Shown here: positions 35,353 through 46,433 of the stretch, in pieces
How positions within the stretch are numbered: the first letter of the stretch is position 1
How the letters are laid out: every line of letters starts with the position of its first letter
Assembly: GCA_050949565.1 (NCBI GenBank)
Contig: JBMNFY010000011.1
Location: 32,001 to 96,000 of the forward strand
Source of the DNA: Kiritimatiellia bacterium
GTDB taxonomy: Bacteria > Verrucomicrobiota > Kiritimatiellia > RFP12 > UBA1067
Length of the DNA: 64,000 nucleotides
Direction of reading: 5' to 3'
Translations under genes and position numbers: made by a program
Notes under the pieces: generated by a model
Seen by the model: only the letters and a program-made list of their open reading frames with translations
Told to the model about the DNA's origin: nothing
Databases searched by the model: none

Positions 35353-38300
35353 TTATTTCAGCAGAATCAAGGTGCCGGGCGACTTCGACTTCACCACGCC
35401 CGTCCCGCTGAACACCTCGGGGTGCGTCAATGCGCCGTACTGACCACCGACATAGCGCACGCCGTTGATCACCAGATCGCCCACAACGAACTTGCCCGGA
35501 TAGTCCAACTCCACACGCGCGCCGGTCTCGATCGTGAGTGACGACTCGTCGCTGGACAACGCTTGCAGTGCCGCGATTTCAGAGACTCCGCTGATCCGTA
35601 TATCATCGATCAACGAGCACGGATCGCCCTGCGGAATCAACTCCGTAGACCCCTGAAACTTCAGGATATGCGTGCCGGCCGTAACATGGACCAGCGGTAT
35701 CGTCGCCGTGAGGTAGCCGCGTTCCGTCACGGTCACGCTGCCGCACACCGCGCCCGCCAATTGCACGTAAATCACATGATTCGTGTACCAAATCCCGGCG
35801 TTATAGCGCGGACAGTAGGCGAAGGTCAGGGTATAGGTGCCGTCCACGGGGAAGTTGAGCGTCACCTGAATGGAACCGTTTCTGCGCACGTAGGCGGTCT
35901 GGACGCCCTCCGGCGCGTATGCCAACGCAGTGGCCGCGAAATAACTGCCGTTACGCTGATAGCCGGCATCATCGGTATTGAACGTCCAGCCCGGGCAGCC
36001 GGTCGCCGCCGCGCCGCGCCGGTCCTTCGCTCCCTGCTCGCCCCCCTCCGGCAGCAACGGGTTGCTTTCGAAGCCCGCATACGGCACGTCGACCGTGACA
36101 TAGGTCCGTGCGCCGCGAACCGCGAAAAGGCCTTCGCTGACGGTAAGTGCACCGGTAAACGGCGTGCTGTTTTCCGGGCAATCTGTCAGGGCGAATGTTC
36201 CCTGCCCGAGCTTCCGCCACGCTCCCTCCAGCGTGTTGACCGCCAGATCGGCCTCGGTCACGCGCAGGTTTGTGCCCGCCGCGTCCTCGCTCACCAGCCG
36301 GTGCAGCGTCTGCCGGTGCTGCACTTCGCCGAGTTCGTTGGTCGCGCCGACAACCTCGAAGGCCGCGCCTGCCGAAACCGTGACCGCGCTTTCGGGCGCG
36401 AGCAGATTGACCAGTGCGTTTGACGGACTGGCCAGAGTGAAGTCGAGACGCAACGTGCCGTTGGAGACCAGCGTCGGCCCCGTATAGGTCATGGGCGCCG
36501 CGATTTTGAGTATACCGGTGCCCTGCTTGACCAATGCACCGGTCGAATCCGGTGCCTGCGCGAAACCCTTGCCGCGGATCGCAACCTCATAGTCCAGCGT
36601 ATCGATAATCGCACCGCCATTGCAGATCAGCGGCGCGGCCGACGCTTCGGACAACGCTATGAAAAAGTCTGTGTTGCGGGCAGCTTCGACCACCGTGCCG
36701 TTGAAGAGCAGCGGACTCAGGCTGAGGTGCTGATCGGTGGCATTGGGCACGCCGAGCACCGGCAGCCGCAGACGACCGCCATCCAGCGACAGTTGCGTGG
36801 CGTTCCCTTCCACGAAACGGAGTTCATTGCCCACCGTCACGAATGCGTCATTGGTGATGGAGACCACGGCATTCGAACCGGCGATGTCCAGCCAGTCCGC
36901 CCTGAAGTCACAGCCTTCGTCAAACACCACGCTGCAACCGTCCGCAGTGTCCCAGCCGCACGAGAGCTTGCGGAGGCGGCCCCGTACATTCGACCAGCGG
37001 TGCAGCGCAGCGCCGCTGCCGGGCAGCGCATCGCCCGCCAGATAGAGATCGACGTAGCCAAAGTACGCGCCGTCCGCGTTGACGACCGTCAACGGCACGC
37101 CATCGTCACGGCCATCCGGGAAACACGACAAGTCATCGTGAGGCTGAATCACAAAGCCGGCGAACGCATGGGCGCGCGGGGTTTCGATGCCGCGCGTGAA
37201 GGTGACCGTCGAGCCAGACGGCACGACAAAGCGCGTCGAGCGGTCGTTGGCATAGATCTGGTTCGGCACATAAATCATGTTGCCGAATGTGCCGCCCGCG
37301 CGCGGCTCGAAACGTCCGCCAGTGGCGAAAGAGAGATCTCCGCCGCCGATCGCATCGACAGCATCGGCCGCTACCACACCGCCGCCCACATGCAGGCCAC
37401 CCGCCAGCGAAAACGGGCCTTGCAAATCGAGTCGGCCGTCGCCGGTTTTGACCAGCGTCACGGGACCGTCAGGCCGATCGCCCAATGCGGTGCCCGGCAC
37501 GGTATTGGTCTCATCCGTCGGCACGCGAAGCGTCAGGCTCACCGGATACGCGGCCGTCGCATTCGTCACCTTGCCAAAACCGCCGCCATCCGCTTGTAGG
37601 CCGCCGTTGAGACGGACGTCCAACGCTCCAACATCCAGCGTCGCGTCAGCCGCCAGCCTGACGGGATCCGCGACCTGCTTGACCGTCGTGCCAATGGCAA
37701 AGCGGAAGCTGCCGGCGGTCACGCCGTACTCACTCTCACTCTGCGATGCCAGTGCGGCCGTCGGGAACGTCAGCGCACCACCCTGCGTGCTATAGGCACC
37801 GGGCAGGAACGAAATCGCACCTTCACCGTCATTCAGCGTGCCCGCCCACTCGCCGACGCCCTCTTTGCCGGCTTCGATGTAGCGGTCTCCCTCACGAAAG
37901 CCAAAGGTCACTAGCGCGTATTCGCCCGGTCCCAGCGCGACCGGTTCCGGCAAACGGTGGAAGCGATACCCGCCTTCGAGCGGATAGGTCTCCGCAGCAC
38001 CCAAGGCGGTCACGGCCAACGGCACCCCACCGGTGCGCGCGAAAATGGCAACCTTTTTGAAGTGCCCGTTCCCATCCCCAGCGCTGTCGTACGCACCCAG
38101 ATGCGTGACGGTGATCAGCCGGTTGACCTGAAAGTCTGTACGCAGTGAGACTGAGACACCGCCTGCACCGGTGTTATGAAGCGCTGGGTCGGCGGCATAC
38201 GCCTGGAAAAAGCGCGGTGCTGCGTCGTTGAAAGCCAGCGAGCCCTGCTGCACCGCCAGTCCGCCGAGCGTGGCGGCACCGGTCACGACAGCGCCGCCGT

Positions 38301-41300
38301 CTCCGGTTTTGGTCAGCGTCTGCACACTGACCACGTCAGCGGCCAGTGTAACTTGGGAGCCGTCATCGACCGTCACAGCCGGAGATGAACCGCTGAAATC
38401 CAACACACCGCTCTCAATGGTGCGCTCGGCCCCCGCAACGGACAACGTTCCAATGTTTTGCAGGCCGCCCTGCAGCGAGATGGTCTGTGCCGTCGCAACA
38501 TCGTTTGTGATAATGGCGGCTGCACCAACACCTCCAGCGCGGATACCGCCCTGCCAATTGGTGGCAGTGGGCCAGTCGGCTTCTGCTGCGGTACCGATCC
38601 ACACGCCATCTGCGGTCTGCTTGATCGGCCCATCAGCCAACAACACCTGCCGGGCGTGCGCCGCATAGACCTCGCGCGGATCATGCGCGTAGGCGGTCAG
38701 CACCTGCTCGCCGTTGTGCTCGCTGTCGTCCCCCAACCGATAGAGGGCACGCGCCACGGCCAACTCCTTGAGGCAGTGGTTGCGCTCAATGTCAGCCTGC
38801 GCGTTTGAAAAGTCGGTAATCAGCGGCGCTGTCGCGGCATTCGGCAACGCATAGCCCTGCACGAGCGGTAACAAGGCGGCAAGCCACATGGCGGCAGAAC
38901 CGCTGTCAAAGCTTTCGCTTGCCAACGCGACCGCACGGTAATGGGAGAAGCTCGACGCGGCGTTGAACTGGATGGCCTTGGCAAGCAACGGCGAGACGCC
39001 TCCCGGATCCAACGTGCGTCCGAGCGCGATCAGATAGCTATCCATCATGCTCACGGAACGTCCATATTGGCCCATGCCGCGGAAATTCCAACCGGCATCC
39101 CATGGATTCGAGCTTACGACATCAACCAGCGTCTGCGCACCGACCGGATCGCCCAGCAACCCCAGAACGTGAGCGTAGATCAGCCGATCCGCCGGACTGC
39201 CTGCACTGGCATACGCCGTGCGCAACATCGGCAGCGCGGTGGCGGTGTCGGCCAGCACCGTGGGCAACGTGGCATAGTTATCGACCAAGCCTGTAACAGC
39301 CAGTTGAATCACATCTTGGGAGAGCGGGAAGCTGTCCGTGTTATTGGCGTAAGCAGCATCAATAATGCCCACACCAACCAGATGCGCTTGCAGCGCCGCG
39401 ATGTCTACCGAACGCACGTCGACACCGGCCTGAACGGCCAGCGCCGCGGCGTAACCGGCCGCATAGCCTTGGTTCTGCACGTCGCGTTGCATGCGCAGCA
39501 GCGGCATGGCGTCGCGATGCGCGCTGATGCCAAGCCCTGTCACCAGCAGACCGTCCAGCGTCTTGGGCAACAACGCGCGGAACGGCAGGCTTGCCGTCCA
39601 AGAGGACGTGCCGGGGTCGTAGACGAAGAAGAGGTCATGCACCGTGAATCCGTGCGAGTCAAAGTTGCTGGTCGGCCGCACGATCGTGTCGGGCCATGTG
39701 CGGTTGTTCAAGATGTCGATCGGCGTGACAGTCACCGCGCCCACCAGACGACGCCGCTCACGCGTCGCGGGATTCTGTGCGGCATCCCAGGTCGACGCAG
39801 GCATACTCTTGCGCGCGCGCCGCGCGAAGAAAAACACGTCGGTCACATCGGCATCGCCCACGAAACCAATATCGTTGTTGAGATAGCTGTTGCCCAGCAC
39901 ATGCCGTGCCCAGCCCGCGCCCTGCACGGCAGGTTCACTGCCCGTGATGAACTCGGTCTGAGCACCGGCGGCTGCGGCCACATCGGCGTTGCCGGTCGAA
40001 TCGATCACCGTCTGCGCACGGATGACGCCGCGCTGGCCGTCGGGCAACACGACCACCACGCCCTTCACCGCATCGCCGTCGACCACCGCCCCGTTCGCGA
40101 GCGTCCCGTAAAGCACGCGCACGTCGGCGGCACGGCACGCCTGCCTATACCACTCTGCCTTGGCGGTGTAGAGCGCGGCACCGGTCGCCTTCCAGCCGGG
40201 GTCAACATCATTCGCCGTAAACCCGCACGCATTGCCGTAGTAGTACGCGCCGATGCGCCCGTCGGTCTGCACACCGCCCATCGTGTAGAGCACATCCAGC
40301 ACCAGCGTGTCGGCACCGGCGCGGCCGGCACTGATCGCGGCCGGCGCACCCGCCGTGCCCGCCCCGACCACCAAGACCCCGCACGTCGCCAGCACCGGCA
40401 GCGAACGTTCACCCTCCTCGACCACACCCAGCGCGTTCGTGGCCACCGGCGGCAGTCCTGCCAGCGCTTCACGCACCTCTTCGGTCCCCGGCACAACGCC
40501 AACATCCGGCGGCAGCGAGACACCGGCGAGCGGTGCGCGAGCCAGCGCCTCGACGGCCGCGACCGCACCAATGCGATCGGCCAGAGACATCATGCGCACC
40601 GGATGCTGCAGGTCGGCCGCCAGAGAACGCGGCAGGTCGGCCCGCACGCCCAGCACGTAGAGATACGGCACGTCTTGAGGCCGGAATGCGTCCAGATCCA
40701 GCGCATTGGCACCGGGCCACGCCGTGGCCTGCTCGGACGCCACACCGACGATGTGATCCGGCGGCAACCACGAGAGACGGTCCGCCTGATCCAAGCAGGT
40801 CTTGGTCCACGTCAGATCACGCGCTGTCTGCTCGATCTCCAAAAGCTCCAGCATGCCGCCCGTTTGCATGGGCACGGTGAAACTGCAACGGTAAACGCGT
40901 CCATCCACACTCGTCGGCATGCCTGCCGGCGCCTCCACACCACCGATCGTGACCGGATAGGTATGGCTCGGCAGGGCCTCGACACTCAGCCCCGGCGCGG
41001 AGGGTGCGTTCGTAGCATCTGCGATCACAATCCGCGAGAACGAGTAATCACCAGGCGTAAAGTCGGTCTTGACCGCCCCCGCGCAACGGGCGGGCCACGC
41101 GCCCTCGGTCGCGTCGATGACGACCCGCGCCGTCACCGCTTGGCGTCCCGCGCGGTTCGCCAGCACCACGCCAGCAGGGTTTCCATCGGCATCCCGCAGG
41201 ACATCGCACACCGGCGCACCGCCCAGAAAAGGGACCCCCTGCTCTTCCAACGTAAGGTCCAGCGTGCGCTTCAGCGTCAGCGGCGTGACGTGGCAACAAC

Positions 41301-42075
41301 TGCCCCCTACCGGATCATTCGGGTCGGTATGGACGACCAGTTCGTCGAGCAACTGACGCACATACGTACCTCCCGGCGTGATATTGCACGCTAGACGCAG
41401 AAAGCGGGCACTGAACGGAGCGCCCGGCACGATCCGGGCGACCCAAGTACTGTCGCCGTCCGTTGTCAATTGCTCAAGTTCTGTGTTGTATGCGACGGCA
41501 GTCCACGTCACGCCGTCATCACTGCGCTCAAGGCCGGCGACCGTTGTTGAAAATGGGCTATTGCCGGAGAGGCGGACGTAGTAGTACAGATCCAGTTGCG
41601 TCACACTGCCCGCGCCGGCAAATGTGACCGTGATCACTACGTCCGAGTTATACTGGACGCTGCCTGTGACTGCATTGAACTTAACGCCATCGGTCAACCG
41701 GGTATTACCGGGATCGCCGTGCGAGGCGTCCGGCACGACATTCGCCTGATAGGTAAACGGTACCTCGAGCGAGAAAACCTGTTGCGCCAACGGATGGGTA
41801 TGGAATTCAGGAACCAGCGCGGGCCAGAGCTCACGCGTCCCGGCCAGATCGTCGCCCAGATAGGTGCGTGGTGCCACAAGAAACACGCTGGCCCCATTAG
41901 TTTTCGCGGCCACCGCCGCAGCCACCGCCGCGCTGCCGCCGCCGACCACCACGACATCCGCATCGCGGACCACCGGCACGGAACGTGCGGTCTGCGCCAC
42001 AGGTTCTGCTCTCAAAACGGCCTGCGTCAGGCACGTCGCACCCACACACATGATCGCAACACACGTTCTCATCAC
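35353..42075 (-). CDS. 2240-aa secreted protein: two FAD-dependent oxidoreductase modules plus autotransporter passenger-type repeats
   Basis: DVVVVGGGSAA/VVIDAT and VLVVGAGTAG/VIDSTGNADVA; repeats LTKTGDG, LVKTGDGRL, LVKQGTGILKI..MTYTGPTLVSNGTL; ends PGTLILLK. Confidence 0.85.
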   Translation of the reverse strand: MMRTCVAIMCVGATCLTQAVLRAEPVAQTARSVPVVRDADVVVVGGGSAAVAAAVAAKTNGASVFLVAPRTYLGDDLAGTRELWPALVPEFHTHPLAQQVFSLEVPFTYQANVVPDASHGDPGNTRLTDGVKFNAVTGSVQYNSDVVITVTFAGAGSVTQLDLYYYVRLSGNSPFSTTVAGLERSDDGVTWTAVAYNTELEQLTTDGDSTWVARIVPGAPFSARFLRLACNITPGGTYVRQLLDELVVHTDPNDPVGGSCCHVTPLTLKRTLDLTLEEQGVPFLGGAPVCDVLRDADGNPAGVVLANRAGRQAVTARVVIDATEGAWPARCAGAVKTDFTPGDYSFSRIVIADATNAPSAPGLSVEALPSHTYPVTIGGVEAPAGMPTSVDGRVYRCSFTVPMQTGGMLELLEIEQTARDLTWTKTCLDQADRLSWLPPDHIVGVASEQATAWPGANALDLDAFRPQDVPYLYVLGVRADLPRSLAADLQHPVRMMSLADRIGAVAAVEALARAPLAGVSLPPDVGVVPGTEEVREALAGLPPVATNALGVVEEGERSLPVLATCGVLVVGAGTAGAPAAISAGRAGADTLVLDVLYTMGGVQTDGRIGAYYYGNACGFTANDVDPGWKATGAALYTAKAEWYRQACRAADVRVLYGTLANGAVVDGDAVKGVVVVLPDGQRGVIRAQTVIDSTGNADVAAAAGAQTEFITGSEPAVQGAGWARHVLGNSYLNNDIGFVGDADVTDVFFFARRARKSMPASTWDAAQNPATRERRRLVGAVTVTPIDILNNRTWPDTIVRPTSNFDSHGFTVHDLFFVYDPGTSSWTASLPFRALLPKTLDGLLVTGLGISAHRDAMPLLRMQRDVQNQGYAAGYAAALAVQAGVDVRSVDIAALQAHLVGVGIIDAAYANNTDSFPLSQDVIQLAVTGLVDNYATLPTVLADTATALPMLRTAYASAGSPADRLIYAHVLGLLGDPVGAQTLVDVVSSNPWDAGWNFRGMGQYGRSVSMMDSYLIALGRTLDPGGVSPLLAKAIQFNAASSFSHYRAVALASESFDSGSAAMWLAALLPLVQGYALPNAATAPLITDFSNAQADIERNHCLKELAVARALYRLGDDSEHNGEQVLTAYAHDPREVYAAHARQVLLADGPIKQTADGVWIGTAAEADWPTATNWQGGIRAGGVGAAAIITNDVATAQTISLQGGLQNIGTLSVAGAERTIESGVLDFSGSSPAVTVDDGSQVTLAADVVSVQTLTKTGDGGAVVTGAATLGGLAVQQGSLAFNDAAPRFFQAYAADPALHNTGAGGVSVSLRTDFQVNRLITVTHLGAYDSAGDGNGHFKKVAIFARTGGVPLAVTALGAAETYPLEGGYRFHRLPEPVALGPGEYALVTFGFREGDRYIEAGKEGVGEWAGTLNDGEGAISFLPGAYSTQGGALTFPTAALASQSESEYGVTAGSFRFAIGTTVKQVADPVRLAADATLDVGALDVRLNGGLQADGGGFGKVTNATAAYPVSLTLRVPTDETNTVPGTALGDRPDGPVTLVKTGDGRLDLQGPFSLAGGLHVGGGVVAADAVDAIGGGDLSFATGGRFEPRAGGTFGNMIYVPNQIYANDRSTRFVVPSGSTVTFTRGIETPRAHAFAGFVIQPHDDLSCFPDGRDDGVPLTVVNADGAYFGYVDLYLAGDALPGSGAALHRWSNVRGRLRKLSCGWDTADGCSVVFDEGCDFRADWLDIAGSNAVVSITNDAFVTVGNELRFVEGNATQLSLDGGRLRLPVLGVPNATDQHLSLSPLLFNGTVVEAARNTDFFIALSEASAAPLICNGGAIIDTLDYEVAIRGKGFAQAPDSTGALVKQGTGILKIAAPMTYTGPTLVSNGTLRLDFTLASPSNALVNLLAPESAVTVSAGAAFEVVGATNELGEVQHRQTLHRLVSEDAAGTNLRVTEADLAVNTLEGAWRKLGQGTFALTDCPENSTPFTGALTVSEGLFAVRGARTYVTVDVPYAGFESNPLLPEGGEQGAKDRRGAAATGCPGWTFNTDDAGYQRNGSYFAATALAYAPEGVQTAYVRRNGSIQVTLNFPVDGTYTLTFAYCPRYNAGIWYTNHVIYVQLAGAVCGSVTVTERGYLTATIPLVHVTAGTHILKFQGSTELIPQGDPCSLIDDIRISGVSEIAALQALSSDESSLTIETGARVELDYPGKFVVGDLVINGVRYVGGQYGALTHPEVFSGTGVVKSKSPGTLILLK

Positions 42076-42160
42076 GCCTACCTCCTACGCTCCTCGCCAG
42101 CCCATCTAATACTTACTGGCTAGCACTGTACCGAAAACAGCGTGGCTTGGTCAACAGGGA

Positions 42161-43573
42161 TCAAGAGACAATGCCCAGCGGCGGCGTCTTTTCCCAGACA
42201 CCACGGGTGAAGTCCGGCACGTCCACCGAACGACTGCGATTCGCCACGGAATCCGCGCTCAACGTGCCGACCGCGCTCCAAGCGGCCGCGTCGTACACGG
42301 TCTGGTCCAGCGGTTCGCCGTTGCGCAGACAGTAGATCACGCGCCAGTTCATGATGAAGTCCATGCCGCCGTGTCCGCCGACCCGTTTCGCCTCGGCGCC
42401 CATGCGCTTCCAGAGCGGATGGTCGTAAGCTTCGAACCACGGTGCCATGTCTTGATCCCAGGCATGGTAGTTGGTGGTCTTTTTGTCGCCCAGAATCTTC
42501 TGGATCGCAGGCGGCAGATCCTCTTTCTTATAGTCCAGCGCAATGCGGTTCGGGAAACCACCGAACGTTCCGCGCGTGCCCTGAATCAAATTGTGGCGGC
42601 TGTAAGGGCGCGGGGTGGTCTCGTCCCACTGCACCATGATCGAGCGCCCCTTGACAGTTTTGATGATCGTGGTGTTGATGTCACCGCAACGCCACTCCTT
42701 GATCTGGTTCCACTTGTGGTCAGCGGGGAAGCGCTCTTTGGCATACAGCGCGCGACCGAGCGCCGGAGACGACACCGAACTCAGATAATCAAAGCGATCC
42801 CCCTGGTTGATGCCCATGTACTGCGCTATCGGGCCCAGGCCGTGGGTCGGATACAGGTTGCCGTTGCGCCGCGCGTAGTGCAAGGTGCGCCACGAGCCCG
42901 TGCCGTGCTCCACTTGGTTCATCTGCCCGCGCAGCTCATGGATATAGGCGGCTTCACCGTGCAGCAACTCACCGAAAAGCCCTTGCCTGACCATGTTCAG
43001 CACCATCAGCTCCTCACGCCCATAATTGACGTTCTCAAGCATCATGCAGTGACGCCGCGTCTTCTCCGCCGTATCAACCAGCGCCCAGCACTCTTCTGTT
43101 GTGATCGCGGCGGGAACCTCGAGGAAAGCGTGCTTTCCAGCCCGCATCGTATCAAGCGCCTGTGGCGTGTGCAGTTCCCAAGGGGTTGCGATATAGACGA
43201 TATCGACATCGTCACGCTCGAGCATCTTTTTGTAGGCTTCCGGACCATCGCTGAACGTCGCCGGCTTCGGCTTCCCTGCATCGGCAACGCGCTTGAGCGC
43301 ACGATCTAACGTGGGCTGGTGGATGTCGCACAGCGCCGTGACCTCCGCCCCCTCGATTTTGAGCATGTCACCAAGATGGCCGCTGCCGCGTCCTAAGCCG
43401 ATGAAACCCACGCGCACACGCTCCATCTTCGGCGTTCTGAGCCCCATCACAGTAGTTCCTGCACTACCTTGGGCGCGCGCTGAGGTCGGCTTAAGTACCT
43501 GCGCGGCAGCCGCACCGTATCCGGCCACGGCTGACAATTTCAGAAAATCACGACGCGATGCTTTGTACGACAT
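42161..43573 (-). CDS. Tat-exported GH109 NAD-dependent glycosidase (Gfo/Idh/MocA fold)
   Basis: SRRDFLK; [50 protein letters not shown]. Confidence 0.9.
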   Translation of the reverse strand: MSYKASRRDFLKLSAVAGYGAAAAQVLKPTSARAQGSAGTTVMGLRTPKMERVRVGFIGLGRGSGHLGDMLKIEGAEVTALCDIHQPTLDRALKRVADAGKPKPATFSDGPEAYKKMLERDDVDIVYIATPWELHTPQALDTMRAGKHAFLEVPAAITTEECWALVDTAEKTRRHCMMLENVNYGREELMVLNMVRQGLFGELLHGEAAYIHELRGQMNQVEHGTGSWRTLHYARRNGNLYPTHGLGPIAQYMGINQGDRFDYLSSVSSPALGRALYAKERFPADHKWNQIKEWRCGDINTTIIKTVKGRSIMVQWDETTPRPYSRHNLIQGTRGTFGGFPNRIALDYKKEDLPPAIQKILGDKKTTNYHAWDQDMAPWFEAYDHPLWKRMGAEAKRVGGHGGMDFIMNWRVIYCLRNGEPLDQTVYDAAAWSAVGTLSADSVANRSRSVDVPDFTRGVWEKTPPLGIVS

Positions 43574-43675
43574 TTCTTTCTCCCTGCTCTTTTGTCTGTT
43601 GCACAGTTTCAATTGAAAACTGTGTGGTATATTAAATCCTACATGCCCTTCAAGCAAGCGCAAAGGCGAGCATCA

Positions 43676-45784
43676 TCACTCACTGCGCGCGGGACGTCGC
43701 ATCCCCATCTTTTCAAGCGGCAGCGGCTTGAACCCCGGGATGCGCGTGAAGACCGGCGAATCGGGCTTCAACCGGAAATCTCGCTGCTGCATGTTGACGA
43801 ACCCGGGATCGTCAAATGTCACGAATTGGAGTTCGTTGGTCACCCAGCGGTTGCTCTTAACCTCATCGCACTTCACAAACAGATTGCGCACGGCGATGTT
43901 GTCGCGCGCGGCACCGGGCTTTGGATCCATGAACCCGATCAACTCCGGATATGCCTCGGTATAGGGCGGCTGCGTGATGTCCACCTCTTTGAGCAGCCGC
44001 TCCTGCCACAGCGGTGCCTCGATGAATGCCTTCCAACGCGCATCATTCCACGGAGCGGAACCCAACGCGCGTTTGCACTCGATGAAGACGCAGTTGTCCA
44101 CGGTGTTGCCGTGTCCGCCATGCGAAAAGACCGTGCCGAAAGAACCTTTGCCGGGGTCGCCGCAACGGAAGAACAGATTGCCGTAGACCGTTTCGCCGCC
44201 ATCGCCGTCGTCAAAGTAAACCGCCGCGTTGCCATGCCCGCGCGGGCTCCCGATCTCGCTCCACAGGTTGTAGCGCAGCACGTTGCCGCGACAAGACGGA
44301 TTACGCCCCTTGTAGAATGCGGCCGCGTCGTCAGAGGCCATGCAGACGTTGCTGACCACGTTGTACTCGAACAGGTGGTTGTTGCCGTGCATGCTGATCG
44401 CCTGATGCGGCGCGTCGTGAATCAGATTGTGGCGGGCCACGTTGCCGACACCGGAAAAATGCAGCGCGCTGGCGTACGTGAACTGATGCACGGAGAAACG
44501 CCGGATGTGCGTATCTTCCAGCACATGCCCCGCAGGCGTCAGCGTCTTGCGGTCTCCTCCGCCCAACGTCACGCCGCCCGTGCCGGTGTCGTAAATGTCG
44601 CACCGCGCGATCCGGTTGGATGCGCCGCCGTTCATGTGAATCGACTTGCGCCGCAAATTGCGGAACACGCACTCCTCCACGGTCACCCGCCGACACTCGG
44701 TGATCGTCAGTCCATCTCCCTGCCCCTCTTCAAAGATCAGACCGCGCAACGCGATGTCGGTCGCATTCTGCAAAACGATGAGCGGTTCGTCACGCACCGC
44801 CAGCGCAACCCGTGCCTGCGTAAGATCCTGATCGGGCCAGAGGTAGAGCCGGTTCGCCGCGACATCAATGAAGTATTCGCCGGGACGATCCAACTCTTCG
44901 AGTAGATTGACCGCACGCCAGCGGCGCGGCGACGGATTGCCCTGGCGCACACCGTAAACATGCGCCACCTTGAACGTAATCCGGCGCTGCGCGGGATCGA
45001 TGGCCGCCACGCGGATCGCGTCGTCATACCAGTCGAAACACCAGAACCCATGCAGCCACACGCCCCGCTCCACCCGCCAACGCGCCGGACGGTCGCCCTC
45101 GTACTCAAATACGCCGCCGCGATTCTCTTTGGGACGCGCCTTCTTCGGGTCAGCCGAATCCGAAACCGATCCATCGTTGCGCATCGTTCCTTGGTCGATG
45201 ATCTTGGCGATCGTCGCCCAGCCCTCGTTCGGCCAGCAAGCCAGCGTCATACGGCGACCGTTGACAAACAGTTCCGGAATACCGAACGGCAACCGGAAAT
45301 TGTCGCGCGGCACAGAGGTCTTCGGGAAACCCAGCGCATTCAGGTCCGCACAGCGCACCTGTCCGCGTGCCGCCGGATCGAGGCGTTCGTCGATCGCATC
45401 CCCCGCAAGCGGTTGGAACGCACCGCAAGGAATCGGACGCGCACCGGTCAGAGAGACCACGGCACCCGGCGCCGCCTTATAGACGATCGGCGCACCCTCC
45501 GCGCCGGAGTCTTCCGCTTCCAACTTTAAACTGCGGGTCAACGCATAGCGTCCGGCATGCAACACCACCTCGGCGCCGCCCGGCAACGCCCCTGCTTTCT
45601 TAGCTGCGCGCACCGCATCACGCGCCCGTTCCAGCGTCGCAAACGGCGCATCGGCACTTCCCGGCCCCGCATCATTACCGTCCGGCCGCACATGAAACAC
45701 ACGCGCATCCGCACCGTACACGCCGAGCGCCGTTCCCCACACGCCTGCCAAGCAGAGCACCGTCATTCCGTATTTCAGCATCAT
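43676..45784 (-). CDS. Secreted right-handed beta-helix protein (GH141-like)
   Basis: FHVRPDGNDAGPGS..APFATLERARDAVR, NLLEELDRPGEYF, NLIHDAPH; ATGA overlap with ogt stop. Confidence 0.82.
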   Translation of the reverse strand: MMLKYGMTVLCLAGVWGTALGVYGADARVFHVRPDGNDAGPGSADAPFATLERARDAVRAAKKAGALPGGAEVVLHAGRYALTRSLKLEAEDSGAEGAPIVYKAAPGAVVSLTGARPIPCGAFQPLAGDAIDERLDPAARGQVRCADLNALGFPKTSVPRDNFRLPFGIPELFVNGRRMTLACWPNEGWATIAKIIDQGTMRNDGSVSDSADPKKARPKENRGGVFEYEGDRPARWRVERGVWLHGFWCFDWYDDAIRVAAIDPAQRRITFKVAHVYGVRQGNPSPRRWRAVNLLEELDRPGEYFIDVAANRLYLWPDQDLTQARVALAVRDEPLIVLQNATDIALRGLIFEEGQGDGLTITECRRVTVEECVFRNLRRKSIHMNGGASNRIARCDIYDTGTGGVTLGGGDRKTLTPAGHVLEDTHIRRFSVHQFTYASALHFSGVGNVARHNLIHDAPHQAISMHGNNHLFEYNVVSNVCMASDDAAAFYKGRNPSCRGNVLRYNLWSEIGSPRGHGNAAVYFDDGDGGETVYGNLFFRCGDPGKGSFGTVFSHGGHGNTVDNCVFIECKRALGSAPWNDARWKAFIEAPLWQERLLKEVDITQPPYTEAYPELIGFMDPKPGAARDNIAVRNLFVKCDEVKSNRWVTNELQFVTFDDPGFVNMQQRDFRLKPDSPVFTRIPGFKPLPLEKMGMRRPARSE

Positions 45785-46248
45785 CCCCTCATCCCCCTTT
45801 TTTCCAGCGCCAGCAGCCACGCCTTGCGCGACAGCCCGCCGCCATATCCCACCAAACTCCCGTCCGCGCCGATCACACGGTGGCACGGAATGATGATCGC
45901 AATCGGGTTGCGGTTATTGGCCATACCGACCGCGCGCGTGGCCTTGGGATTCCCGACAGCCGCCGCTGCCCGCTGATAACTCCACATCTCACCATACGGG
46001 ATCGTTTCAAGCACAGCCCACACACGCCGTTGAAACGGCGTTCCCACCGGAGCCAACGGTAGCGAAAAAACCGTCAACCTGCCATCCAGATACGCCTGCA
46101 ACTGGCGGAACGTCTCATCCAGCAACGCCCCCTCCGCCACGCTAGCATCCCTTGCCTCCTCGTCGGCAAAAAACACCCGCGTCACCGCGCCGTCCTTCAC
46201 CTCAACGCCAATCCAACCCAGCTCTGTTTTTCGATAAGCAAGTGCCAT
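45781..46248 (-). CDS. ogt: Methylated-DNA--protein-cysteine methyltransferase
   Basis: GTPFQRRVW..IPYGE, RAVGMAN, IIIPCHRVIG active site. Confidence 0.95.
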   Translation of the reverse strand: MALAYRKTELGWIGVEVKDGAVTRVFFADEEARDASVAEGALLDETFRQLQAYLDGRLTVFSLPLAPVGTPFQRRVWAVLETIPYGEMWSYQRAAAAVGNPKATRAVGMANNRNPIAIIIPCHRVIGADGSLVGYGGGLSRKAWLLALEKRGMRG

Positions 46249-46261
46249 GACCTTTTCTGTT

Positions 46262-46298
46262 AACGCTCAACCATGAAACACATGAAACTTCATGAAAA
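46262..46298. repeat. 37-bp direct repeat, copy 1
   Basis: AACGCTCAACCATGAAACACATGAAACTTCATGAAAA, identical to 47137-47173. Confidence 0.92.
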
Positions 46299-46433
46299 TC
46301 AGGGACGAGCAGGTACCCATCCCTCTTGGCGATCTCGGCATCTTGGCGGTTCCAAAAACTCCCCAAAAAATCTGTGTAATCTGTGCCATCTGTGGATAGA
46401 AATATCAGTGGATGAGAATAAATTGGCGGGGGT

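Noticed and set aside
38941-41394. 817-aa plus-strand ORF, and similar long ORFs at 48189-49748, 52931-54499 and 43592-44905
   Set aside because: Antisense shadows of well-supported genes in GC-rich DNA; Arg/His-rich and motif-free.
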